From the NCBI GenBank assembly GCA_041747375.1, contig JBGTFH010000050.1, forward strand, positions 10,955-74,954: a stretch of 64,000 nucleotides of DNA. Reading direction: 5' to 3'. Below the pieces are notes generated by a model. The model was not told the DNA's origin, did no database searches, and saw only the letters and a list, made by a program, of their open reading frames with translations. The DNA is from Acidimicrobiia bacterium. GTDB taxonomy: Bacteria; Actinomycetota; Acidimicrobiia; Spongiisociales; ZC4RG35. Numbering within the stretch: the first letter of the stretch is position 1; the number at the start of each line of letters is the position of its first letter. Shown piece after piece: positions 9,112 through 18,377 of the stretch. The position numbers and the translations under genes were made by a program.

Positions 9112-10134
9112 TCAACCACAGGGCAGATATAGCGAGAAGCGGGAACGGTTGTCAGCATGCGTATAACGGACGTCGCCTCCCATGAGGCGGGCGAGCTTTC
9201 GGGATACCGGGAGCCCGAGTCCGACCGAGTTGGGGTAGGTCTTTCGCCGTTCCTGCCCGAACGGCTCGAAGATCTTGCCCACGAACTCTCCGTCGATCGG
9301 ATCACCGCTGTCACAAACGGTTATCACCGCCCAGGAGTCCTCGACGGCAATCTCCACGGTCACTTCATCACCACCGTAACGGTGGGCGTTGCTGATCAGG
9401 TTGCGGAGAATCTGACGGGTCCTCCCCGGATCCGCGTAAACGGATATGTCGCCTTCTGAAACTATCTCGACGGGCGGTTGAGCCATGGACACGATCCGCT
9501 CGGCCTCGGCCTGAACCGAGAACACGGTGGCGACCAAACTGAGCTCGCGTCGCCCGTCGTGATAGGCGACAAGGAGGTCCTCGATGAGCCATGCCGCCTC
9601 TTCTGATTCCCTGGCAATGAGTTCGACCATCTTGCGTCGTTCCTCATCGTTGAAGGACTCATAGGCATCGGCCATTTCCTGACTCAGCCCGAGAGCCACG
9701 GAAATCGGGTTGCGTAGCTCATGTGACACCGTCGCAATGAACTCTTCCTGGGATCGGCGGAGGCGGACCTTTTCGCTGACATCGACCAGTGCCCCTTCGA
9801 AATAGAGAACTCCGCCGCCGGCGCTTCTCGCAACCCGCGCGGTGTCCCGCACCCAGATTGTGGAGCCATCCCCCCGGGTCAATTCGAAGTCGAGTTCCTC
9901 AACCCGGCCGTGCCCCTCGATTTCGTCAATCCAACCATCCCGGATCGAACCGTCGACGTAGTAGTCGGCCACATTGCTTCCATGGGTCATCAATTCTTCG
10001 GTGGACTCAAATCCAAGGAGTTCCGCCAGTGCCTGGTTCGCCGCAAGCAACTCTCCATCGGGCGAGGTCCGATAGAGCGCGACAGGAAGAAGATGAAAGA
10101 AGTCATCGAGGTTCTCCACGTTTGGCACCCGCAT
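9112..10134 (-). CDS. cytoplasmic PAS-domain sensor histidine kinase (orphan)
   Basis: It has an N-terminal PAS-like domain, the H-box SHELRNPIS and an HATPase region (NLISNAHRYG...GLGLPVSR). There are no TM segments and no response regulator nearby. Confidence 0.85.
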   Translation of the reverse strand: MRVPNVENLDDFFHLLPVALYRTSPDGELLAANQALAELLGFESTEELMTHGSNVADYYVDGSIRDGWIDEIEGHGRVEELDFELTRGDGSTIWVRDTARVARSAGGGVLYFEGALVDVSEKVRLRRSQEEFIATVSHELRNPISVALGLSQEMADAYESFNDEERRKMVELIARESEEAAWLIEDLLVAYHDGRRELSLVATVFSVQAEAERIVSMAQPPVEIVSEGDISVYADPGRTRQILRNLISNAHRYGGDEVTVEIAVEDSWAVITVCDSGDPIDGEFVGKIFEPFGQERRKTYPNSVGLGLPVSRKLARLMGGDVRYTHADNRSRFSLYLPCG

Positions 10135-10158
10135 ATATCGGCAGTATCGGGCAATTTC

Positions 10159-10578
10159 CTAACCGTCGCCGTCGAAAACCGGTCCAATCTCGTCTTTAAC
10201 GAGGCTGAGACCGGCATGATCGAGTCGAAACATGCCATCAGCAGCCGCTGGGGCCTCCCCACACGACACCACAAATTTGGACCCGTAGAGGGTATTGGCC
10301 ACAAACCCGGCGGTGACCAGAATCTGGTCAGGCTCCCGAAGAATCAACCCGCACGGGGCTGTACCGATTCGGATCATCTCGGCCAGGACCGTTGCCGATG
10401 AACTGCTACCCCGACCGTGCGGCATCGCCAGGATCAACCCCTTTATCGTCACACCGCATTCGGGATGATTTCCGTCGACGATTGTTCCCGTTATCGGGTC
10501 TACGCCACCCCAGAACGACAGCGGAGCCGAAAGAACGAGCAGTTCCCCGACTGCGACCCCCGGGAGGAGACACCTCAT
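10159..10578 (-). CDS. aconitase X swivel-domain subunit (DUF126-type)
   Basis: LSFWGGVDPITGTIVD...HGRGSSSSATVLAEMIRIGTAP is typical of the AcnX small subunit. The ATG at 10578 overlaps the stop of the large subunit (TGATG). The ORF track extends further upstream to 10695. Confidence 0.8.
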   Translation of the reverse strand: MRCLLPGVAVGELLVLSAPLSFWGGVDPITGTIVDGNHPECGVTIKGLILAMPHGRGSSSSATVLAEMIRIGTAPCGLILREPDQILVTAGFVANTLYGSKFVVSCGEAPAAADGMFRLDHAGLSLVKDEIGPVFDGDG

Positions 10579-11834
10579 CACACCTGGAAGGGGTCTTCGA
10601 GATGTATCTTCCCGGATATCGCCGATTTGACGCACTCTTCCAGTCCGGCGAACACGACATCGAACCCGAGATTGGCGGGGGCGTAGTACGCCCATTTTCC
10701 TGAATTCGTCATCACCGGACCTTCTACCGCACCCATGATCGGGGTGATGTAGGTACAGGTATCCGTAACCACCGTCGCCCCAAAAGCCTCGATCGCGGCA
10801 ACGACGCTCCCCGGAACCGAGGAGAGAACGTCACGGCCGGTATTGACGTAAAAGGGGATCCGGCTCTTCTCATCGCCGACGAGAAAGGCAAGTTGTCGCA
10901 ATTCGGCGGCGGACATGTGCGGCGTCCCGACAGATACCGCACCGGGGTCATCATGGCCAACACCAAGCGCCACTCTCACCTCGACCAAATCGATCATTTC
11001 GACCTGAATTCGAGGGATGTCTGGTGAAGCCTGGCACTCCTCGAGTGTCGACGCCTCGGGAGTCAACCCAACAGCATGGAACATTGCCGTTGAGCCCGAC
11101 GACGCCGCGGCCGCTCCCAACGCCTTAAGATTGTCTTCGGTCGTCTCAGTCGGCAGCCCGGAGATTGCCGCCACCCGGTTACCGGTGTTGACGCCAAGCC
11201 AGTGCCCGAGAAGGGGAAACACGATTTCGTAGGCGAATGCCGATTCTGGAATTCTCACCTCGACCAGCACATCTGCCCTGCGGCCCGAGTCGAGGTGCAA
11301 TCCCGACAGAGGGGCTCGCCCGACAACCGCACAGGAGATGTCGGCGAAGTCGCCATAACGATTGGTCCTCGCTCCGAGTACCGAATTGGCGAACACAATG
11401 GCGTTGGACTCACCCCACGCAACCTGGCTGCCCAATTTCGGTCGATCGGGCAGCTGATAGGGCGCGCAGGTCCAGGTGGGTGCGCAACCCAGTTCGACAT
11501 GCAAGTCCATAAGTTGCCGAGCAGCTTCACCCTCACCGGGGCTCCCCCGGTAGAGATCCGGGTGCAGCAAGTCAAGGGACGAGACGTTGAGTGTCGTCGG
11601 CACCTGGACCGTTGCCCCACCCTCGACCAGGGCGCGGGCGAAATCTATCCCGACCTGGCCGTGGAAAAGGCACCCATCGATATGCGCCCCTTCGATATCG
11701 ATGAAACCGGTGGCACCCTCAGTCTCGGCGATTGCGACCAACAGGCCCATCGCAAGGGCCACACCCTCGCCCAGATCTCCGTCGAGGCAAGCCCGGTCGC
11801 GATCGCTGAGCTCGAGAACAGAATCAGGGCTCAA
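10578..11834 (-). CDS. aconitase X catalytic subunit (DUF521-type)
   Basis: 418 aa. The N-terminal LGEGVALAMGLLVAIAE...IEGAHIDGC pattern is typical of AcnX large subunits. Confidence 0.8.
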   Translation of the reverse strand: MSPDSVLELSDRDRACLDGDLGEGVALAMGLLVAIAETEGATGFIDIEGAHIDGCLFHGQVGIDFARALVEGGATVQVPTTLNVSSLDLLHPDLYRGSPGEGEAARQLMDLHVELGCAPTWTCAPYQLPDRPKLGSQVAWGESNAIVFANSVLGARTNRYGDFADISCAVVGRAPLSGLHLDSGRRADVLVEVRIPESAFAYEIVFPLLGHWLGVNTGNRVAAISGLPTETTEDNLKALGAAAASSGSTAMFHAVGLTPEASTLEECQASPDIPRIQVEMIDLVEVRVALGVGHDDPGAVSVGTPHMSAAELRQLAFLVGDEKSRIPFYVNTGRDVLSSVPGSVVAAIEAFGATVVTDTCTYITPIMGAVEGPVMTNSGKWAYYAPANLGFDVVFAGLEECVKSAISGKIHLEDPFQV

Positions 11835-12531
11835 AGGAGAAGGACATTTGGTCTTCAGGTCGCTCGTAGCGGCTGAGGCCGTTCCAGATGAGGTGGTCCA
11901 TGAACACCCATGACTTTCTGTGGATCACACTCGGGCCGAATGCTTGAAGTGCCGCCTTGTGGACCGGACAGGGGTAACCCTTATTGGCCTCAAAATTGAA
12001 AGCGGGATAGTTGGGGGACAACTCTCGCATGATCCGATCACGGGTCACCTTGGCCAGGATCGATGCCGAAGCGATCGAGAGCGAGGTGGCATCACCACGT
12101 ACAATCGTCTTCGACCAACCGATGAAATCCCACCTTCCGTCCAACAAGATCTGGTCCGGTGGCTGCCGGAGACCGGCCATCGCCCGTCTCGCCGCAAGCC
12201 GCTGAGCATCCGACATTCCCAGGCGGTCGCACTCTTCGGCCGAGGCGTGGCCAACCGACCAGTCCTCCACCCAATCGGCGATTCGCTCAAACAACGCTTC
12301 GCGTTCCACCTCGGTCAGCATCTTTGAATCCCTGATCTTGTACACCCTGCGCTCCCTGGGCACAACGGCCGCTCCCACTGAAATCGGGCCCGCCCAGGAG
12401 CCCCGGCCAACTTCATCTACACCCACCACGATGCGGGAACCTCGATCCCAATAGACCCGCTCGACGTCGAGACCGGGTGCTCTTCGTTTCAGCGAAGGAC
12501 GGAGTTTTGGGGCGGTCCGGGTGGTCACCAT
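11824..12531 (-). CDS. rnhB: ribonuclease HII
   Basis: VGVDEVGRGSWAGP is the catalytic motif. The product is 235 aa. Confidence 0.9.
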   Translation of the reverse strand: MVTTRTAPKLRPSLKRRAPGLDVERVYWDRGSRIVVGVDEVGRGSWAGPISVGAAVVPRERRVYKIRDSKMLTEVEREALFERIADWVEDWSVGHASAEECDRLGMSDAQRLAARRAMAGLRQPPDQILLDGRWDFIGWSKTIVRGDATSLSIASASILAKVTRDRIMRELSPNYPAFNFEANKGYPCPVHKAALQAFGPSVIHRKSWVFMDHLIWNGLSRYERPEDQMSFSFEP

Positions 12532-12564
12532 TCTCAGGGTAGAGCGGGGACATGCAATTTGATG

Positions 12565-13098
12565 TCAGTTCAGCGACGGATCTGCGGGAAAGTTCGCGAC
12601 CATCGCCAGTTTTCCGGGCTGACGCCGGAGCACTGCCGTCCAGAGGTCCTCAGAATTGGAAAACGGGTCGTCAGGTGAAGCCCCGACGAGATACCACGAG
12701 CCTTCGGCCAGTTCCGACTCCAATTGTCCCGGCCCCCACCCGGAATATCCGGCGTAGATTCGCGCTCCCCGTTGCGTGGGCTTCGGGCCACTTTCCAGGT
12801 CGACGAGGGAAACGCCCGGCAGCGGGCTCGCCCCTCCGGTGGTACCCGGACAGAGGCCGATTCCGACGTCGGGCTCGACAGGGCCACCGATATGAATGAC
12901 ACCGGGATCGGCCACAGATTCAGCCCACATAGGCAGGAGCTCCGCGACGGGTTCATCGGTCGGTTGGTTGAGCACGAGTCCGGCGGCGCCATCGTCGCCA
13001 TGTTCGAGGATCAAAACGACCGAACGGAAGAAGGTCTGCTCGACGATGAGGGTCGAAGCGATCAGTAAATGACCCGTCAACGAGCCAAACCCGTCCAT
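12565..13098 (-). CDS. YqgE/AlgH-family protein (UPF0301)
   Basis: The LLIAS...FFRSVVLILEHGDDGAAGLVLNQPT...GYSGWGPGQLE signature identifies the family. The start is chosen at ATG 13098, preceded by AAGGAGG. The ORF is open to 13251. Confidence 0.85.
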   Translation of the reverse strand: MDGFGSLTGHLLIASTLIVEQTFFRSVVLILEHGDDGAAGLVLNQPTDEPVAELLPMWAESVADPGVIHIGGPVEPDVGIGLCPGTTGGASPLPGVSLVDLESGPKPTQRGARIYAGYSGWGPGQLESELAEGSWYLVGASPDDPFSNSEDLWTAVLRRQPGKLAMVANFPADPSLN

Positions 13099-13253
13099 CT
13101 TGCGGCCCTCCTTATTGTTAGCGTGACACCCATGCCAGTTATTACACCGACCACCTCTGGGGCGACCGTGGGTGGCCGGGCGTCTTTGACTTGTGATCGA
13201 GACGGTACCCGACGATTGTCGCTGATGCTCAACATGACGAACCCGGCCCACCG

Positions 13254-14288
13254 ATGAGAGCCCTGGTGAAACATGCCGACGAACCCGGTCTCAGACTGGA
13301 GGAGTTGCCCACCCCACAGCCGGGGCCCGACGAGGTACTCATCGCGGTCCATTCTGCAGGATTGTGCGGTACCGACCTCCACATCTACCAGTGGGACGAA
13401 TGGGCCAGGCAAACCGTCCCCACACCGATGACCATCGGGCACGAGTACTCCGGCAAAATTGCTGCCCTCGGTTCCGCGGTATCCGGATTCGAGGTGGGAG
13501 AGTTCGTGGGAGGAGAGGGGCATATAGTCTGTAACCGGTGCCGCAATTGCCTGGCCGGGCGGCGTCATCTCTGCAGCGACACGCGCGGGATCGGCGTCGA
13601 CATTCCCGGTGCCTTCGCCGACTATGTCGTGGTCCCCAAGTCGAACGTCTGGCGGCACACCGAAGGAATCGACCCCGAAATCGCCGCTTTGTTCGACCCG
13701 TTCGGAAACGCAGTGCATACCGCTCTGAAGTTCCCCGTCCACGGCGAGGATGTGCTGATCACCGGGGCCGGGCCGATAGGTGTGATGGCTGCCGCCGTCG
13801 CCGCGCATGCCGGAGCTCGCAATGTCGTGGTGACAGATGTCAACCGGTTTCGGCTGGAGATCGCCGAACAGATGGGCGCCACCAGGGTTGTCGACCGTTC
13901 CACGACAGATCTGCGGACGGTTCAGGATGAAATCGGGATGACCGAGGGCTTCGATGTCGCCATGGAGATGTCGGGAAACCCATCGGCTTATCAGGACATA
14001 TTGGAGAACACCATCCACGGGGCAAATGTTGCGCTGCTGGGAATTCCTTCCGACCAATTCCCCATCGATTGGAGTGTTGTGATCTTCAACATGATCAACC
14101 TGAAGGGAATCTATGGGCGCGAGCTCTATGACACCTGGTACAAAATGAATGTGTTGATCGATTCGGGTATCGACCTCTCACCGGTCATTACCCATCGCTA
14201 CCCGCTCGAACAGTACGAAGCGGCTTTTGAGGCGGCTGCATCCCGTGAATCGGGGAAGGTCCTCCTCAACATCTACGAGACGGCCTAG
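13254..14288 (+). CDS. tdh: L-threonine 3-dehydrogenase (Zn-dependent)
   Basis: 344 aa. The sequence is characteristic of Tdh: GLCGTDLHIYQWDEWA and GHEYSGKI. Confidence 0.85.
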   Translation: MRALVKHADEPGLRLEELPTPQPGPDEVLIAVHSAGLCGTDLHIYQWDEWARQTVPTPMTIGHEYSGKIAALGSAVSGFEVGEFVGGEGHIVCNRCRNCLAGRRHLCSDTRGIGVDIPGAFADYVVVPKSNVWRHTEGIDPEIAALFDPFGNAVHTALKFPVHGEDVLITGAGPIGVMAAAVAAHAGARNVVVTDVNRFRLEIAEQMGATRVVDRSTTDLRTVQDEIGMTEGFDVAMEMSGNPSAYQDILENTIHGANVALLGIPSDQFPIDWSVVIFNMINLKGIYGRELYDTWYKMNVLIDSGIDLSPVITHRYPLEQYEAAFEAAASRESGKVLLNIYETA

Positions 14289-15106
14289 CCCGATGACCCC
14301 AGATTCTCCTCGATCCATTCAACGACCTCGGCAACCAACTGGGGGCCCTCGGGTTCGTTGAATATCTCGTGGCGTAGTTTCGGGTAGAGGCGTCGTTCGA
14401 CACCGTCGCATTCACCGAGGACGACCGTCGATGCAGGAGGGACTATCGAATCGGACCCTCCATGCATCACCAGAGTCGGCACCTGCAGCTCACCGAGATG
14501 AGGGGCGGCAGCGGCCTGGGCAGTGAACAGATGATTTCCCAATCGCGTGGTGGTCTTGAAGACCATGAGTGGATCGGAGAAATAGGCTTCTCCCACCAGG
14601 GGGTCGCGGCTCAGCTGTTCGCCCTTGAGATTGTTGGGGATAAGCATCTTCGGAGCGATACGAGCCAACACGGGCGCCAGGCCCTTCTGCCAAACGGCAC
14701 CACCACCAATGGCAGGGGCGGAAAGGACCAACAAGTCTGGCTGGGGGCGGTCGCTGAGGGCGTAACTGGTGGCGACCAGTCCTCCCATTGAGTGACCAAG
14801 AAGAATCACGGGACGATCTGACGCATCGATCAACCGGCCCACCTGGTCGAGGTAGTCGCCCCAATCGCCGACATCGGCCCGGTCACCCCCACTTCGGCCG
14901 AAACCAAAGAGGTCCGGCGCAACCACCTCGAATCCACTCTCGGCAAAGAGGCTGCCGACCCTTTCGTAACGGCCGGTGTGCTCGGCGAGCCCATGGACCA
15001 GAACCACGCAACCCTTGCTGGCCCCTCCGGCTGTCCATTCCCGGATCAGTTCGGTCCCGTAGATCACGTTCGACTGACTCCGGGTGGTTGATTTGATAGG
15101 GCTCAC
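14285..15106 (-). CDS. alpha/beta hydrolase (lysophospholipase / monoacylglycerol-lipase type)
   Basis: It has HGLAEHTGRYE and the GHSMGG nucleophile elbow. It converges on tdh with a 4-nt overlap. Confidence 0.8.
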   Translation of the reverse strand: MSPIKSTTRSQSNVIYGTELIREWTAGGASKGCVVLVHGLAEHTGRYERVGSLFAESGFEVVAPDLFGFGRSGGDRADVGDWGDYLDQVGRLIDASDRPVILLGHSMGGLVATSYALSDRPQPDLLVLSAPAIGGGAVWQKGLAPVLARIAPKMLIPNNLKGEQLSRDPLVGEAYFSDPLMVFKTTTRLGNHLFTAQAAAAPHLGELQVPTLVMHGGSDSIVPPASTVVLGECDGVERRLYPKLRHEIFNEPEGPQLVAEVVEWIEENLGSSG

Positions 15107-15134
15107 CAGCGAATCCTAGATCGTGGGTGGCGAT

Positions 15135-16187
15135 TCACTGAGACTGCTCCTTGTGGAGTGGCGCTTTCTTGAAATGCCCCTTTACATGCTTGCCCCTGAT
15201 ATCGATCTCAACACTTTGAGATCCGCCGGCGGGTGGGCTCATGTACGCCATACCGACTCCTTTCCCCAGGACCGGGCTCATATTTCCCGAAGTCACCTCG
15301 CCATGGCTCATTCCCGAGGTTGCACGGTGCCCGTGCCTGGGTACACCAGGCTCATCGAGCACGAATCCCATGAGAAGTGAAGGGATTCCCGAAGTCTTCT
15401 GTTCGAGGAGTGCTTGCCTCCCGTTGAAATCGTGGTCGAAGTCCACGGCGAATCCGAGATCAGCCTCCAGTGGAGTCCTGGTTTCATCGAGGTCCTGGCC
15501 CCAAAGTGGGAACCCCGCCTCGAGACGCAGCGTGTCGCGGGCGCCCAGGCCACAAAGGCGGACCCCATCCGATGCCAGCTCGTCCGCCAGCACGATTGCC
15601 GTATCAGGGTCGGTCACGATTTCGCCGCCTTGCTCGCCGGTGTATCCGGTGCCGGCCATCGCGACCACTCTCCCCCGCCATTTGATTCGAACCGTTCGAA
15701 ATCTTCGTGGTGTCTCACCCAGTATTCGCCCAAAAACTGAGCTGGAATCGGGGCCCTGGAGGGCGATCATCGCCGTCGACATCTGCAGATCGGCGACCTC
15801 GCATCCTTCCTGACTTCCAAATTCGGCCATGACGCGTGGCTGGTTGGAGGCATTGGGCATAACCCAGTAGTCGCTGTCCCCCCACCACCAAACGATGATG
15901 TCGTCGACCACTCCACCGTGGTCGTTGAGGAGCATGGTGTACTGGGCACGCCCGGGCTCGACCCGTGCCAGGTTGTTGCAAAGCAGCCGATCGAGCGCCC
16001 CGGCCGCCCCCCAACCTGACAATGAGAATCGACCGAGGTGCGAGACGTCGAACAAACCCACCGTTCCCCGCACCGAAAGGTGCTCTTCGATCACGGACTC
16101 GTACTGGACAGGCATTTCCCAACCCCCGAAATCGACCATACGGGCACCGTGGTCGAGATTGAATTGATGAAGGGGCGACCGGTTCAT
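15135..16187 (-). CDS. gcvT: glycine cleavage system aminomethyltransferase
   Basis: LHQFNLDHGARMVDFGGWEMPVQY is a GcvT N-terminus. The product is 350 aa. Confidence 0.9.
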   Translation of the reverse strand: MNRSPLHQFNLDHGARMVDFGGWEMPVQYESVIEEHLSVRGTVGLFDVSHLGRFSLSGWGAAGALDRLLCNNLARVEPGRAQYTMLLNDHGGVVDDIIVWWWGDSDYWVMPNASNQPRVMAEFGSQEGCEVADLQMSTAMIALQGPDSSSVFGRILGETPRRFRTVRIKWRGRVVAMAGTGYTGEQGGEIVTDPDTAIVLADELASDGVRLCGLGARDTLRLEAGFPLWGQDLDETRTPLEADLGFAVDFDHDFNGRQALLEQKTSGIPSLLMGFVLDEPGVPRHGHRATSGMSHGEVTSGNMSPVLGKGVGMAYMSPPAGGSQSVEIDIRGKHVKGHFKKAPLHKEQSQ

Positions 16188-16549
16188 CCAGTCAGTTGTT
16201 CTCCGCGGTCTTCGAGCCTCTTGATCGAGGGGCGACCGGGCATTCTCGTAGGGGCCGCAATGTCGTCGAGGCTCTCCGGTTCTTCAAGCCCGTATTTGAC
16301 CACCAGATGCAGGTAGTCGCGTTGATAGAAGACTTTGCAGTTGACCTCTGGATACAACTCGCCGAGACGACGGACTTTTCGATTCTTCTTCGTCACCAAT
16401 TTCTGATTCATCGTGGTGATCTCGATGAATAGATCGTCTTCCGGCAAATAGAAGTCGGGTGTGAAGAACTGAGTTGGTTCCCCATCTCGACCCCAGGCAA
16501 TAGGGAAGGACCTGGGCTCGTACTCCCAATCGACACCATAAAAGTCCAA
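16184..16549 (-). CDS. hypothetical protein with restriction-endonuclease-like (PD-(D/E)xK / Vsr-like) motif
   Basis: 121 aa. TPDFYLPEDDLFIEITTMNQK resembles the D...E core of endonuclease-fold proteins. The stop overlaps the gcvT ATG (ATGA). It has a TTG start with no clear SD, and the sequence looks AT-richer than its neighbours. Confidence 0.5.
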   Translation of the reverse strand: MDFYGVDWEYEPRSFPIAWGRDGEPTQFFTPDFYLPEDDLFIEITTMNQKLVTKKNRKVRRLGELYPEVNCKVFYQRDYLHLVVKYGLEEPESLDDIAAPTRMPGRPSIKRLEDRGEQLTG

Positions 16550-16617
16550 TAGGAGTGCGAATTGTCGTTCACTATTGTGAGCGAAGGGGACCTCGTGAGC
16601 GGAAAGAGCCGTCTTGT

Positions 16618-17094
16618 TCAGATTACGCCTACCTCGATAACCCCGGCATATGCCTGTTCTCGATCAGGGTAAAGCTGGTGTATCGCACCCTCGACTTCGG
16701 ACTCGACCGGGCCGATCGCAATTCCAAAAACGCCCTGTCCGCGACGGAATACGTCAACGACCTCCTCTTCCGAGTGCGCCGCGTAGATGGTCTGGCCGTC
16801 ACTCAGAAGTGTCACGTCGCCGAGGGGTCGGTCAGATTCCATTTGTTCCCGGAGGATTTCAACTGCCTGACGGATCTTCTTGAGACTCATACCTGCATCG
16901 AGGAGTCGCTTGATGACTTTGAGCTGCACGACGTCGGAGAACGAATAGAGCCTCTGTGACCCGGAACCCGCCGCACGTTGCAGTGAGGGTGAGATCAGGT
17001 CGGTTCGCGCCCAGTAGTCCAACTGCCGGTAGGTGATTCCAACCAGATTGCACACCTGGGGCGCCCTGTAACCAAATTCCCGCTCTTGCACCAT
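16618..17094 (-). CDS. MerR-family transcriptional regulator
   Basis: It has an HTH segment, VCNLVGITYRQLDYWARTDLI...RLYSFSDVVQLKVIKRLL. The start is chosen at ATG 17094, preceded by GGAGGAG. The ORF is open to 17175. Confidence 0.85.
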   Translation of the reverse strand: MVQEREFGYRAPQVCNLVGITYRQLDYWARTDLISPSLQRAAGSGSQRLYSFSDVVQLKVIKRLLDAGMSLKKIRQAVEILREQMESDRPLGDVTLLSDGQTIYAAHSEEEVVDVFRRGQGVFGIAIGPVESEVEGAIHQLYPDREQAYAGVIEVGVI

Positions 17095-17241
17095 AATTCT
17101 CCGCGACTCCTCCAGCTTACACGGTCGTAATTTCGCCGTTGTGAGAAAGCTACCTGGATCGGGTCGCCGGGTCAATGATTTCTGTGGAAAAGTTGTCTGG
17201 ATTCATCCCCAGAAGAGGCAGTCCCCACCTATTTGGAAAGC

Positions 17242-17751
17242 TTATTCGGCCGATTCCCCACCAAGAAAATCTTCGACGGTCACTTCTTCGAGTAGCCGAC
17301 GGAAACGGCTCACCTCGTCATCTTCGGAGTCATCCTCGAATTCGATACCGGCCTCGTCGAGAACCGAAGGCAACGCAAACACCGGTGTCCCACAACGAGC
17401 CGCGATCGCGATAGCGTCAGATGGGCGGCACGAAATGTGGATGTCCCGGCCCTCGTGATCGATGGCAAGGTCGGCGAAATAGACCGAGTCGCGCATCTCG
17501 GTGATTGTGATCCGGGCCGGCAGTGCCCCGACTGAATCGAGGACCGACCGCATCAAATCGTGAGTGAGCGGCCGCGGCGGCACCACTCCCTCGAGGGCTG
17601 TCGCAATCGAAGTGGCTTCATTGCCGCCAATCCAGATCGGCAGGTAACGACTCCCGTGGGTCTCTTTGAGGAGGACTATCGGTTGGTTGGACGGCAGCTC
17701 AACACGAACTCCCACAACCTCCATCGAAACTGGCTCGTGTGCTCCCGACAT
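17242..17751 (-). CDS. bifunctional nuclease family protein (DUF151)
   Basis: VVGVRVELPSNQPIVLLKE...RYLPIWIGGNEATSIA is typical of DUF151. Confidence 0.85.
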   Translation of the reverse strand: MSGAHEPVSMEVVGVRVELPSNQPIVLLKETHGSRYLPIWIGGNEATSIATALEGVVPPRPLTHDLMRSVLDSVGALPARITITEMRDSVYFADLAIDHEGRDIHISCRPSDAIAIAARCGTPVFALPSVLDEAGIEFEDDSEDDEVSRFRRLLEEVTVEDFLGGESAE

Positions 17752-17792
17752 CCTTCCGAGGTTATCACCGGTTCCGACTCATTCGCTCCGAA

Positions 17793-18377
17793 TCATTCCG
17801 CGAAGACCTTGCGGGCCAGGATCTCAGGATCTTTGACGAACCCCTCGATGTCGAGGATCGCCCACATCGAGGGGAGATTTCGATACAGGCCCTCCCAGTC
17901 GAGGCCGTACCCGACAATGAATTCGTCACCTACCTCGAACCCGCGGTACTCGATCGGCACGTCGGTGACACGCCTTCTGGCCTTGTCGAGCAAACCCACC
18001 GTTGCCACCGACCTGGCCCCCCGGTCACGCATCATCTGGCGTAAGACGTTGAGGGTGAGCCCGGTGTCGATTATGTCTTCGACGATGACCACATCCCGAT
18101 CTTCCATCGAACGCGACACGTCCATCGACACGGAGATGCGTCCACTGTCACCGAAACGATTCAGTGCGAGAAAGTCGACCTCGACCGGCACGTCAATGGC
18201 GCGGATCAAGTCGGCCGAGAACAAAACCGAGCCGGTCAAAACGGTGACGAAGACGGGATTCCTGCCTCGATAATCTTCGGCGATCGCCACTCCGAGCTCA
18301 CCCACCCGGGACCTGACGTCTTCCGCAGCGATCACCTCGGTTGCGAACGGATAACTCCGCAGCTGGTTGTCACTCAC
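17793..18377 (-). CDS. hpt: hypoxanthine phosphoribosyltransferase
   Basis: It carries the PRPP motif VVIVEDIIDTGLTL. The start is chosen at GTG 18377, which overlaps the upstream stop (GTGAGTGA). The ORF is open to 18485. Confidence 0.85.
   Translation of the reverse strand: MSDNQLRSYPFATEVIAAEDVRSRVGELGVAIAEDYRGRNPVFVTVLTGSVLFSADLIRAIDVPVEVDFLALNRFGDSGRISVSMDVSRSMEDRDVVIVEDIIDTGLTLNVLRQMMRDRGARSVATVGLLDKARRRVTDVPIEYRGFEVGDEFIVGYGLDWEGLYRNLPSMWAILDIEGFVKDPEILARKVFAE

Noticed and set aside
16550-16617. Glycine riboswitch upstream of the gcvT unit
   Set aside because: I looked for the GGAGAG...CACCGAAGGGGCAA-type cores on the minus sense in the 68-nt spacer and within the upstream ORF. None was present, and the spacer is too short for even a single aptamer.
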